From Armatimonadota bacterium (GTDB taxonomy: Bacteria; Armatimonadota; HRBIN16): a stretch of DNA of 64,000 bases. Below are positions 30,263-40,267 of this stretch, piece by piece (within the stretch, counting starts at the first letter, position 1; each line of letters begins with the position of its first letter). The DNA lies in assembly GCA_963677485.1 (NCBI GenBank), contig OY781964.1:2272001-2336000 (forward strand). The letters run 5' to 3'. The translations under genes were made by a program, and so were the position numbers. The notes under the pieces were generated by a model that was given only the letters and a program-made list of their open reading frames with translations, did no database searches and was not told where the DNA came from.

Positions 30263-31489
30263 ATGAACATCGCGGCCAAATATCTGTTATCAACCCTATT
30301 GGTGTGTACGGCGGCTGTCGTCACCACGCCGTCATGGGCGCAGAATCCAGGGATCAACCCCGAGCTAAGGGTGTTGCTGAGCTCCATCCAAAATAACAAG
30401 ATTAGGGTCAGTGCCGCAGGCGGTCTGACCGTGAAGGGTGAGAACGACACCCTCAGTTTCTCACCCAAAACCACCGCCACCGTGGAGGTCTTCCAGGACG
30501 GCATCAAGGTGGAGACTAAAGGGCGCTTATATTACAGCAAGAAGTGGACCATCAGCTCCAGCAGCCCGATCAAGGTGGCATCTGGCAAAGTGTCGCGCAT
30601 CTACCGCGGCTCCCTCGTGGTCGGGTTGAATGAGGGCAAGGTGACGCTCATCAACCGCGTTCTGCTGGAAGACTACCTGATGGGTGTTCTTCCTAGCGAG
30701 ATGTGGGCCAACTTCCCCCTGGAGGCTTTGAAGGCACAGGCCATCGCCGCCAGAAGCTGGACGGCATGCAACCGCTGGAAGCATAACCTTCAAGGGGCTG
30801 ATCTGTGCGACACCACCGATTGCCAGGCCTATCTGGGCGTGAGCAATGAGGACCCCCGCACCTCCGCGGCTGTGAAGACCACGGCGGGCACCATCATCAC
30901 CATCGATGGCCGCGTGCTGGACGCCATGTATGGCAGCGACTGCGGCGGCGAGCCAGCGAATCGGCCCGACGTGTTTGATGTGGACGACAATGGCGTACAG
31001 TATTGTGCCGGCAACCCTAAGCATATTTGGAAGCAGATGTTCACCTGGAACCAACTGACCGTGGGCAGCCCTACCAGCACCGGTAACCCGCAAGATGGTG
31101 TCAGCACATCGATGGCTGGCCGCGACATGAAGGTGACGTATGAAGGCCCGAACCGCAAACGCGTGGTTGAGGTGCTGTTCACCAGCCCGATGGGTCAGTG
31201 GAAGGTCAGCGGCAAGCGGCTGCGCGACAAGATGAAGCTGCCCAGCAGCGTGTTCAGCATGACGATGCTGGATTCGGACACCATCGTGCTGGACGGCGTG
31301 GGCAGCGGCCACGGTCAGGGGATGTGCCAGCGTGGGGCCGAGGGTCGGGCCAAGGCGGGCATGAGCTACGCTCAGATCCTGGCGTTTTACTACCCAGGCG
31401 GTGTGATGAGTCCGCTGACGGCGGAGATATGGAACAACAAGCCTCTGCGGCTGCGTGACCTGCCGGATACGATCGACCAGCTCAAGTAG
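30263..31489 (+). CDS. SpoIID/LytB-domain lytic transglycosylase
   Basis: YRG, LEDYLMGVLPSEM, EALKAQAIAARS, CDTTDCQAY, G.GHGQGMCQ.GA, IL.FYYPG. Confidence 0.9.
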   Translation: MNIAAKYLLSTLLVCTAAVVTTPSWAQNPGINPELRVLLSSIQNNKIRVSAAGGLTVKGENDTLSFSPKTTATVEVFQDGIKVETKGRLYYSKKWTISSSSPIKVASGKVSRIYRGSLVVGLNEGKVTLINRVLLEDYLMGVLPSEMWANFPLEALKAQAIAARSWTACNRWKHNLQGADLCDTTDCQAYLGVSNEDPRTSAAVKTTAGTIITIDGRVLDAMYGSDCGGEPANRPDVFDVDDNGVQYCAGNPKHIWKQMFTWNQLTVGSPTSTGNPQDGVSTSMAGRDMKVTYEGPNRKRVVEVLFTSPMGQWKVSGKRLRDKMKLPSSVFSMTMLDSDTIVLDGVGSGHGQGMCQRGAEGRAKAGMSYAQILAFYYPGGVMSPLTAEIWNNKPLRLRDLPDTIDQLK

Positions 31490-32156
31490 GGGCGCTCCCC
31501 TGTGGGTGCCCTTGGGGGCGTTCTCACGCGGAGGCGCGGAGGGCGCGGAGGGGGAATGGTAATCCACAGATTACACTGATGACGCAGATTAGGGATGCCC
31601 GCGCCGGACTGTTTCCACTAACCGCAGATGGACACGGATGGACGCGGATAGGGAATGGTAATCCACAGATTACACCGATGACGCAGATTAGGTCTGGAAT
31701 GCCACTGTCCGGGGCGGTCTGACGGTACGCTAGCGGTTGCTCAAGGCCCAAGACCGCGCCGGTCTTTCTCCAAGGCGGACGGCAATTGACACGAATACAC
31801 ACGAATGCCGGGAACTCAACGCAAAGGCGCAAAGGACACAAGGACGCAAAGGCCGATGAGGCGATGACCGCGTCGGTTTCTCGGCAAGTTGGCAAGCGCT
31901 ATGCAACCCGCCCCAGGGCATGATCTGGCCCCTACATTCGGCCGGGTGGGCGGGGAGACCCCGCCCCTACAGTCGCCACATAAAATCGTAGGGGCAGGCC
32001 CCTGTGCCTGCCCTGGGTAAAACCGAAAATGCTACCTCTGCCGTCCCAACCAAAACTTGGTATCTAAATCGCACGACAAATCCATGGTAACCATTGCATT
32101 TCTAGTTCATAAAGAGGTATAAGATGGTTGTGATAACCACCAGGAGGAATTCTGTC
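31486..32156. repeat. Repeat mosaic and duplicated leader (31938-32156 is near-identical to 35993-36212)
   Basis: GTAG REP-like palindromes, AATCCACAGATTACAC.GATGACGCAGAT twice, family A half-copy, CGCAAAG modules; promoter-like TTGCAT-N18-TATAAG at 32094-32123. Confidence 0.8.
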
Positions 32157-33839
32157 GTGAAAAGATGCTTCATCATCGCGCTGTTGGTCATGGCCTCTGC
32201 GGCTTTCGCCCAGCAGCCCCCAGCCGCTGCGCTAGCAGACGCTACTGACACCGTCGCAGCCAAACCCCCGCATGATGGCAAACCCATCGCGACCGTTCTG
32301 GCGGCCTGGGCCAAACAGCACGTGAAAACACTCGTGGTGGAACCCCGTCTGACGGCTCTCGTCAAAATCTATCCCGGAGTGACAGAGTTTGAGCAAGGTC
32401 TTAACCTCGCTTTGAAGCCATACAAAAACCTCATTTGGCGCAAGGTATATCTGCGGGAGAAGATGGAGCTGCCAAAACCTGAGCGTCTGACCGCCATGGT
32501 GCGCACGATGGTCTCAGCGGAATCCACCGACATCATCGTGCAAGACCCAAAAGCCAGCAAGATCAGCAGCTTCGTGAAGTTCGTGGACGTGCCGATGGGT
32601 TTCGAGGCCGGACTGAGCAAGATGACTCCCCCGTTTGGCACGAAGTGCATCTACGTCGTGATCGATAAAAGGCCTGCCTGGTCGCAGACCGACGGTCTGA
32701 ATCTGCTGGATTTGATCGCCGACCCCAGCCTCATCAACGAAAACACGCTGAATGAGCAGAACATGGCAGCCATACAGAAAATGACGTGTGAGTCGATCAT
32801 GAAGATGCCCCCTGCAAGCCGACCGGAAGCGATACGGGGCATGGGCGGTATGGTAGATACGCTGGACGTCCGCACGGTGGTCAGCTGGAAGATGGATGCA
32901 GAGAAGTTGATGGACAGCACATCAGACAAGGCTGAAGCATTACTCCGTCGTCAGATAATGGAAAACTTGGCCGTCCAGAAGGAGCTTAGTCCTGAGGACC
33001 TCGCACTGCTCATCGCTACCGGTACTTACGCACAGCAGCCTCAGCCCCAGTCAGGTGTACCCGTCGCGGTGGCAGGCTTCCCCGTTTCAGATGGAGAGCC
33101 TATCGCTGCTGTTCTCGCGGGATGGGCTGAGAAATACAACAAGACCCTGGTGGTCGAACCCAGCCTGATCACGCAAGTCAAGTTGGATCTCTCTGCGAGA
33201 ACATTCGAACAGGGGCTCGATCTTGCTTTGAAGCCCTATCAAAACATCTCATGGCGAAAGGTCTACCTGCGTGCGAAGGCAGCACAGCCAAAGCCGGATC
33301 GTCTAGCCGCGATGGTTCGTACGATGGTGACATTGGAGGCCTCCGGGTTGATCGTGCAAGAGCCCACCACCAGTAAAATCGGCAGCTACGTGAAGTCAGC
33401 CGATGTGCCGACGGACTATGAAGCGGGTTTGAGCAAGATGAACCCCGCATTTGCCGCCAAGCCGGTGTATGTTGTGTTCGATGCGAAGCCGAGTTGGGTC
33501 TCCGCCGACGGATTGAACCTGCAGGATTTGACGGCAGACCCCAGTTGTCTCACGACAGATACACTCAATGCGCAGAATATCAAAGCCATCAACCAAAAGT
33601 TGATTGAGGCGATGAAGAAGATGGACCCCGAAAGCCGCGCCAAAGCGATGAAAAGCTACCTGGAATCGGCCGAAGGATGCGATGCCCGGACGCGTGTTGG
33701 CATGCTTGTGGCGTCGCAGAAGAGACGCGCTAAAATGACGCCAGAGGAGATCGAAAACGAAAAACGGCGGGGTAATGAATACACGGATGTGATGAGGGAA
33801 ATGGGCGCTTTTGGCATGCCTCCGCCGGAGGCGAAATAG
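32157..33839 (+). CDS. STN/N0-like secreted family protein, in-frame fusion of a type-A and a type-B paralog
   Basis: GTG after AGGAGG; two full family repeats; internal signal-peptide remnant LALLIATGTYAQQ at ~33000. Confidence 0.8.
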   Translation: MKRCFIIALLVMASAAFAQQPPAAALADATDTVAAKPPHDGKPIATVLAAWAKQHVKTLVVEPRLTALVKIYPGVTEFEQGLNLALKPYKNLIWRKVYLREKMELPKPERLTAMVRTMVSAESTDIIVQDPKASKISSFVKFVDVPMGFEAGLSKMTPPFGTKCIYVVIDKRPAWSQTDGLNLLDLIADPSLINENTLNEQNMAAIQKMTCESIMKMPPASRPEAIRGMGGMVDTLDVRTVVSWKMDAEKLMDSTSDKAEALLRRQIMENLAVQKELSPEDLALLIATGTYAQQPQPQSGVPVAVAGFPVSDGEPIAAVLAGWAEKYNKTLVVEPSLITQVKLDLSARTFEQGLDLALKPYQNISWRKVYLRAKAAQPKPDRLAAMVRTMVTLEASGLIVQEPTTSKIGSYVKSADVPTDYEAGLSKMNPAFAAKPVYVVFDAKPSWVSADGLNLQDLTADPSCLTTDTLNAQNIKAINQKLIEAMKKMDPESRAKAMKSYLESAEGCDARTRVGMLVASQKRRAKMTPEEIENEKRRGNEYTDVMREMGAFGMPPPEAK

Positions 33840-33945
33840 TGAATCGCTGGGAAATCCCCAGCACCAAAACCCACTGGTAACCATTGTATTTCCAGATCAT
33901 TAGTAGTATAAGGTGGTTGAATTACCCATGAGGAGGAAATCTGTC

Positions 33946-34842
33946 GTGAAAAGATGCTTCATCATCGCGCTGTTGGTCATGGCCGTCGCGGCTTTCGCTC
34001 AGCAGCCCCCACCCGCTGCGCCAGCAGACGCTACTGACACCGTCGCAGCCAAACCCCCGCCTGATGGAAAGCCCATCGCGACAGTCCTGGCGGCCTGGGC
34101 CAAACAGCACGAGAAAACAATGGTGGTGGAGCCCCGTCTGACAGCCCTGGTCAAAATCGACCCCAGCGCGGCAGAGTTTGAGAATGGTCTCGATCTGGCA
34201 TTGAAGCCATACAAAAACCTCATATGGCGCAAGCTCTACCTGCGTGAGAAGATGGAGCTGCCCAAACCAGAGCGTCTGGCCGCCATGGTGCGCACGATGG
34301 TCTCAGCGGAGGCCGCCGACATCATCGTGCAAGACCCCAAGGCCAGCAAGATCAGCAGCTTCGTGAAGTCCGTGGAAGTTCCAAAGGGTTTCGAGGCCGG
34401 ACTGAGCAAGATGGCTCCCCCGTTTGGCACACAGTGTATCTACGTCGTGCTCGACAAACGACCGAGCTGGTCACAAACCGACGGTCTGAACCTGCTGGAT
34501 TTGATCGCCGACCCCAGCCTCATCAACGAAAACACGCTGAATGAGCAGAACACCACGGAAATCAACCGCTTGTTATGTGAGGCCATCGTGTCTATGGACC
34601 CCAAAGACCAAGAGAGCGCATATCGGGGTATGATGGGCCTGCAGGAATTGCTTGATACCCGCACGCGAGTTGCCTGGTGGATTAATGCTGGTAAACTTTA
34701 TCCGAAATTGACTGACGCGGAAGAAGAAGCCATCAATCGCGCCAAGTGGAATGACCGCACGAGGTATGAGGGCATAGCGGTAGCACGTGAAATGGGCCTT
34801 GATCCAAATAACACTGTAATAGTGCCCGATTTCAGCTATTAG
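33946..34842 (+). CDS. STN/N0-like secreted family protein, type A
   Basis: AGGAGG + GTG; KRCFIIALLVMA signal; family motifs. Confidence 0.8.
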   Translation: MKRCFIIALLVMAVAAFAQQPPPAAPADATDTVAAKPPPDGKPIATVLAAWAKQHEKTMVVEPRLTALVKIDPSAAEFENGLDLALKPYKNLIWRKLYLREKMELPKPERLAAMVRTMVSAEAADIIVQDPKASKISSFVKSVEVPKGFEAGLSKMAPPFGTQCIYVVLDKRPSWSQTDGLNLLDLIADPSLINENTLNEQNTTEINRLLCEAIVSMDPKDQESAYRGMMGLQELLDTRTRVAWWINAGKLYPKLTDAEEEAINRAKWNDRTRYEGIAVAREMGLDPNNTVIVPDFSY

Positions 34843-34934
34843 GTGAATTGCGCTTATGTCCCTACTATGTCACTTAAGCTTGTGACAGCCTTGAAGTGTC
34901 ACCATGCATAACCACTCATATGGAGGGTTCGTTC

Positions 34935-35810
34935 GTGAAATATATATTGATCGCCGTATCGTTGGTGATGGCCTCCTGCGCCTTTGCCCAGCAGCCTCAA
35001 CCCGCACCGCAAGCGGAATCACCTGCCGTGATCACAAACACATCCCAATCTGGCGGTAAACTGATCGCCACTGTTCTGGGAGAATGGGCAAAGAAATACG
35101 ACAAGACGCTCGTTGTGGAACCCAGACTGACAGCCTTGGTCAAAATCGACCCCGCAGCGAAAACATTTGAACAAGGTCTTGACCTTGCACTGGTGCCATA
35201 TAAAAATATCACATGGCGAAAGGTCTATCTGCGCGCGAAGGTTGAGCAGCCGAAACCAGCCCGTCTGGCCGCGATGGTACGAACGATGGTGTCGATGGAG
35301 GCCACAGGCATGATCGTGCAAGACCCTGCCACCAGCAAAATCGGCAGTTTCGTGAAGTCGGTCGATGTGCCGCAAGGTTATGAGGCCGGTCTAAGCAAGA
35401 TGAACCCCGCGTTTGCTGCCAAAGTTGTATATGTCGTCTTCGATTCCAAACCGCGATGGGCGTCTGCCGACGGACTGAGCCTGCTGGATATCACGGCCGA
35501 CTCTAGTTTTCTCAGCGCAAATACCATCAGCCCGCTAAACATTAAAGGCATCATCCAAAAGATGGTTGAGGCGATGAAGAAGATGAACCCAGAGGACCGC
35601 GCAAAAGTCAGCAAGAGCATATTGGAGTATTCAGATAGTCTTGACACCCGCACACGCATTGGCATGTATGCGGTGGGTAAGAGGCTTATGGAGAACATGA
35701 CACCTGAAGAACGCGAGACATTAAGGCAACGCGAGCATGACAGAGGTGAGGTCATGAGGGAAATGGGCGCGGTCCGGGAACGCGTTTATATTAACGACGT
35801 ACTTCAATAA
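34935..35810 (+). CDS. STN/N0-like secreted family protein, type B
   Basis: GGAGGG + GTG; signal peptide; family motifs. Confidence 0.8.
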   Translation: MKYILIAVSLVMASCAFAQQPQPAPQAESPAVITNTSQSGGKLIATVLGEWAKKYDKTLVVEPRLTALVKIDPAAKTFEQGLDLALVPYKNITWRKVYLRAKVEQPKPARLAAMVRTMVSMEATGMIVQDPATSKIGSFVKSVDVPQGYEAGLSKMNPAFAAKVVYVVFDSKPRWASADGLSLLDITADSSFLSANTISPLNIKGIIQKMVEAMKKMNPEDRAKVSKSILEYSDSLDTRTRIGMYAVGKRLMENMTPEERETLRQREHDRGEVMREMGAVRERVYINDVLQ

Positions 35811-36212
35811 CCGATAGCCAAACCTCATCGCCTTTGGGGGTTGTCTGAACCACGGATTTCGCAGATGGACACGGATGACGAATACCAATCCACAGATTTC
35901 ACGGATGACGCAGATTAGGAAATGACCGCATGTGGCTGGCATACAAGGGGTCGGGTTTCCCGACCCCAGGGCGGGAGATCCCGCCCCCACAATCGGCCGG
36001 GTGGGCGGGGTGACCCCGCCATATACGGTCGCCACATAAAATCGTAGGGGCAGGCCCCTGTGCCTGCCCTGGGTAAAACCGAAAATGCTACCTCTGCCGC
36101 CCCAACCAAAACCTGGTATCAAAATCGCACTACAAATCCCTGGTAACCATTGCATTTCCTGTTCATAAAGAGGTATAAGGTGGTTGTACTACCCATGAGG
36201 AGGAAACCTGTC

Positions 36213-37094
36213 GTGAAAAGATGCTTCATCATCGCGCTGTTGGTCATGGCCGTCGCGGCTTTCGCTCAGCAGCCTCCAGCCGTTACGCCAGTAGACGCCG
36301 CTGACACCGTCACAGCCCAACCCTCGCCTGATGGCAAGCTCCTCGCGGTCGTTCTGGCGGCTTGGGCCAAGCAGCACGAGAAAACACTGGTGGTGGAGCC
36401 TCGTCTGACGGCCCTGGTCAAAATCGACCCCAGTGCCGAATCATTCGAGCAGGGGCTCAACCTCGCCTTGAAGCCGTACAAGAATCTCATATGGCGCAAA
36501 GTATATCTGCGGGAGAAGATGGAGCTGCCCAAACCAGAGCGTCTGGCCGCCATGGTGCGTACCATGGTCTCAGCGGAGTCCACCGACATCATCGTACAAG
36601 ACCCCAAGGCCAGCAAGATCAGCAGCTTCGTGAAGTCGGTGGATGTGCCGAAAGGCTTTGAGACAGGACTGAGCAAGATGGTTCCCCCGTTTGGCACGAA
36701 GTGTATCTACGTCGTGCTCGACAAGAGACCGAACTGGTCACAAACCGACGGTCTGAACCTGCTGGATTTGATTGCCGACCCCAGCCTCATCAACGAAAAC
36801 ACGCTGAATGAGCAGAACATGGCGGCAGTCATGAAAATGACCTATGAATCGATCATGAAAATGCCCCCTGAAAGCCGACCGGAGGCGATACGGGGCATGG
36901 GCGGCATGGACAATATACTGGACGCGCGCACGGTGGTCAGCTGGATGATGGATGCATGGAAACTGATGGACAACGCATCGGAATTTGCAACCCGTCTTCG
37001 TATTTCTAATGAAAACGCTGAAGTCATGAAGGAGCTGAGTCCTGAGGACGCTGCGTTTATACCACCGCCCGTCGTATATACTAACCCCAAGTGA
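36213..37094 (+). CDS. STN/N0-like secreted family protein, type A
   Basis: AGGAGG + GTG; family motifs. Confidence 0.8.
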   Translation: MKRCFIIALLVMAVAAFAQQPPAVTPVDAADTVTAQPSPDGKLLAVVLAAWAKQHEKTLVVEPRLTALVKIDPSAESFEQGLNLALKPYKNLIWRKVYLREKMELPKPERLAAMVRTMVSAESTDIIVQDPKASKISSFVKSVDVPKGFETGLSKMVPPFGTKCIYVVLDKRPNWSQTDGLNLLDLIADPSLINENTLNEQNMAAVMKMTYESIMKMPPESRPEAIRGMGGMDNILDARTVVSWMMDAWKLMDNASEFATRLRISNENAEVMKELSPEDAAFIPPPVVYTNPK

Positions 37095-37135
37095 TCAGAT
37101 GTCGGCAGGTAACACCACCCATATGGAGGGTTTTC

Positions 37136-38008
37136 GTGAAAAAGTGCACTATTATCGTCTCACTGCTCATCGCTTCGAGTGCCTTTGCACAGCAGCCTCA
37201 GCCTTCCTCCCAGGCAGGTACACTCGTCTCGGTGGCAGGTATCCCCGTTTCAGATGGTGAGCCTATCGCTGCTGTTCTGGCGGGATGGGCGAAGAAGTTC
37301 AATAAGACCCTGGTGGTCGAACCCAGCCTGATCACCTGGTTCAAGTTGGATCCCACAGCGAAAACCTTCGAACAGGGATTAGATTTGGCATTGAAGCCAT
37401 ATCAAAACATCACATGGCGAAAGGTCTACCTGCGTGCGAAGGCAGCACAGCCAAAGCCGGATCGTCTAGCCGCGATGGTTCGGACGATGGTGACGTTGGA
37501 GGCCTCCGGGTTGATCGTGCAAGACCCCACAACCAGTAAAATCGGCAGTTTCGTGAAGTCGGTCGATGTGTCGCCGGACTATGAAACGGGTTTGAGCAAG
37601 ATGAACCCCGCATTTGCCCCCAAGGCGGTTTACGTAGTGTTCGATTCGAAACCGAGTTGGGCCTCCGCCGACGGATTGAACCTGCAGGATTTGACGGCGG
37701 ACCCCAGTTGCCTCACGGCAGATATCCTTAACGCGCAGAAGATTAAAGCTATCAATCTAAAGTTGCTTGAGGCGATGAAGAAGATGGACCCTGATAGCCG
37801 CGCAAAAGTGATGAAGAGCTACTTGGCACTGACCGACGGTTGCGATGCCCGCACGCGCGTGGGCATGTTCGTGGAGTGGCAGAAGATCAACGCCAAAATG
37901 ACGCCAGAGGAGCACGATGACCAACGACGGCGTGGCAAAGAATACATGGATGTGATGCGTGAAAAGGGCGTTCCTGGTTTACCGCCGGAGGAGGAGATGA
38001 AGCAGTAA
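37136..38008 (+). CDS. STN/N0-like secreted family protein, type B
   Basis: GGAGGG + GTG; family motifs. Confidence 0.8.
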   Translation: MKKCTIIVSLLIASSAFAQQPQPSSQAGTLVSVAGIPVSDGEPIAAVLAGWAKKFNKTLVVEPSLITWFKLDPTAKTFEQGLDLALKPYQNITWRKVYLRAKAAQPKPDRLAAMVRTMVTLEASGLIVQDPTTSKIGSFVKSVDVSPDYETGLSKMNPAFAPKAVYVVFDSKPSWASADGLNLQDLTADPSCLTADILNAQKIKAINLKLLEAMKKMDPDSRAKVMKSYLALTDGCDARTRVGMFVEWQKINAKMTPEEHDDQRRRGKEYMDVMREKGVPGLPPEEEMKQ

Positions 38009-38148
38009 CCTTAAGATGGCTGGACATGGTGCGTAGTGCTGACCCGAAAATACCGGTAAATATTCCACCATCACGCACGCAGATGGCGGAGCCTTTCCTC
38101 TCCAAAATAGGGTATGATAGATGTACCACCCTCGGGAGGGATGAGAAC

Positions 38149-39033
38149 ATGAGAAAATACTTCGTCGCCACCATGCTGGTGCTGGCGTCTTGCGCATATG
38201 CACAGCAGCCCCAACCCGCACCGCAAACAGCCGCACCCGCGACTGAGACGAAGGCGACCCCTGTTGTTGACGGCAAACCCATTGCTGCCGTACTGACAGC
38301 TTGGGCGAAACTGAATGAAAAAACACTCGTTCTCGAACCTGGTATGGTGGCAAGTGTTAAGCTGGATCCCGCCGCGAAAACCTTCGAGCAAGGTCTGGAC
38401 CTGGTACTAAAGCCGTATAAAAACATCATATGGCGGAAGGTCTTCATGCGCGCCAAAATGGAGCAGCCCAAGCCCGAGCGGTTGGCGGCGATGGTGCGCA
38501 CGATGGTGGCCCTTGAGGCGACTGGCCTGATCGTGCAGGATCCCACCGCCAGCAAAATCAGCAGCTTCGTGAAGTCGGTGGATGTTCCGCAAAACTACGC
38601 GGCGGCTCTGGATAAGATGAGTCCGGCTTTCAACGCAAAAGCTGTATATGTGGTGTTTGACAACAAGCCAAGCTGGGCCTCCGCTAATGGTGTGAGTCTG
38701 CTAGACCTGACGGCCGACCCAAGCAGCATCCCTGAAGGCACCCTCAATGCCGAGAACGTGAAGCAGATCACCGAGAAGCTGCTATCGGCCATGGCGAGCA
38801 TGAATTTAGAGGAACGTGCCAAGGCCATTCTAGGGATGATGCATATAGGGACAAACCTTGATTCCCGTACCCGCGTTGAGATGCGCCTGGCTGGCATTAA
38901 AGCTGAGGCAAGCATGACACCTGAAGAGGTTGAGAACATGAAGCAGCGTAACATCGCCCAGCAAAATGAAGATATACAGACGTTCAAAGATATGGGTATC
39001 CAACTGCCGGGTCAACCGCCGTCTGGGCAATAG
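38149..39033 (+). CDS. STN/N0-like secreted family protein, closest to the 2133-3026 copy
   Basis: GGAGGG + ATG; WASANG..L.DLTADPSSIP and DMG.QLPG shared with the solitary copy. Confidence 0.8.
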   Translation: MRKYFVATMLVLASCAYAQQPQPAPQTAAPATETKATPVVDGKPIAAVLTAWAKLNEKTLVLEPGMVASVKLDPAAKTFEQGLDLVLKPYKNIIWRKVFMRAKMEQPKPERLAAMVRTMVALEATGLIVQDPTASKISSFVKSVDVPQNYAAALDKMSPAFNAKAVYVVFDNKPSWASANGVSLLDLTADPSSIPEGTLNAENVKQITEKLLSAMASMNLEERAKAILGMMHIGTNLDSRTRVEMRLAGIKAEASMTPEEVENMKQRNIAQQNEDIQTFKDMGIQLPGQPPSGQ

Positions 39034-39070
39034 GCGAATAGCCATTTTATAATCCCCTCCCGAAAAGAGT

Positions 39071-39101
39071 GACCGGTCGGATCCGACGGATCCGACCGGT
39101 C
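39071..39101. terminator. Perfect 15-bp inverted repeat between convergent genes
   Basis: GACCGGTCGGATCCG-A-CGGATCCGACCGGTC. There is no clear U-tract, so it may be a repeat module rather than a terminator. Confidence 0.45.
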
Positions 39102-39127
39102 TCATCACCACAACAAGCACTTGGTGG

Positions 39128-40267
39128 CTACTTCGGCAACTCACTCACGCGAATGCGGATGGTGCGAATCTCTTTATAGCGGTAATCCCACGGCTTCTCT
39201 TTCACCGTCTCGGGTTTCCACGGGTAGAACACATACAGCCACTCCACACCTTTTTGCTTGAGAACCAGCGCCTGCGGCACGTGCGAGCTGGCCATGCCCT
39301 CGGGCCGGATGTAGCCCATGTATGTCCAGTCGATGCCGTTCTTGGACTGCGCCATGGTCAGCAACCGACCATCGCCACCCAGCGGCTCGGGGTAGTTGGG
39401 GGCGTCGGAGAAGGCGAAGTACCTCTTGCCCACTTTGATCACGCAGGGGTTGGGGTAGTCCTTCAGCAGCGGTTGTTTATCGGCCCGCAAGACCTGCCAT
39501 GATGGATCCATGAAGTCAGCCTTGTTCTCGGCGTAGCCCATCGACAGGAAGGTACCCGGGTGGTAGTAATCAAACCAGATTTTCCAGCGGCCGCCATCCC
39601 ACATCAGCGAGGGGCGGTGGTAGGAGCCGTAATACTCATCCGGCAGCTTCGAGGTATCGCCGGTGCTGATGTCCCAGCGTTTGACGAACTCATCCTTCCA
39701 GATCAGGATCGGCTTCTTCGTGATCTCCCACTTGATGCCATCCTTCGATTTGGCGCCCATCACGCAGTTGATCAGCTTCAGGTGGTCGGTGCCGTCCGCC
39801 TCCTTCACCGTCTCCACGCCCACGGATGAGTAGGCCATGTAGTAGCTGTTGCCCTTCTTCACCACGCTGGGGTCGCCCGCGGCCCAGCAGTTCCATATCT
39901 CTTTGCCGCGGTAGAGCACTGATGCGAATTTTGCAGGTTGGTCGCTGGACACCCACTTGTCATCGCCCGCATACACCTCCCAATGAAGCATATCCTTGGA
40001 GCGGGCGTGGTAGATGGCGTCGCCGCCCACCGTGCTGATGTTGTTCTCCTCCGCCGCCCAACCAAACAGCCACATCTTGAAGGGGTAGGGCTTGCCGGGC
40101 TCATGCACCACACTCGCGTTATACAAATTGTAAAACGGGCCCAGAATCGGCTTGTGGTCCACCTCCCACTTGCTGGTGAGGTCAACCATACGGTCACCCG
40201 GCTGGGCTGAGAGCACTGCGGCCGAGAACATGAGCACCACCGCTAGTGCCAAGCCGATCGGCCTCAT
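39128..40267 (-). CDS. Secreted beta-propeller glycoside-hydrolase-like protein
   Basis: Signal peptide; repeated SKDG..W blades, GDPSVVK, HRPSL, PNPCVIK. Confidence 0.7.
   Translation of the reverse strand: MRPIGLALAVVLMFSAAVLSAQPGDRMVDLTSKWEVDHKPILGPFYNLYNASVVHEPGKPYPFKMWLFGWAAEENNISTVGGDAIYHARSKDMLHWEVYAGDDKWVSSDQPAKFASVLYRGKEIWNCWAAGDPSVVKKGNSYYMAYSSVGVETVKEADGTDHLKLINCVMGAKSKDGIKWEITKKPILIWKDEFVKRWDISTGDTSKLPDEYYGSYHRPSLMWDGGRWKIWFDYYHPGTFLSMGYAENKADFMDPSWQVLRADKQPLLKDYPNPCVIKVGKRYFAFSDAPNYPEPLGGDGRLLTMAQSKNGIDWTYMGYIRPEGMASSHVPQALVLKQKGVEWLYVFYPWKPETVKEKPWDYRYKEIRTIRIRVSELPK

Noticed and set aside
30263-31489. Sporulation locus
   Set aside because: SpoIID/LytB domains are widespread in non-sporulating bacteria.
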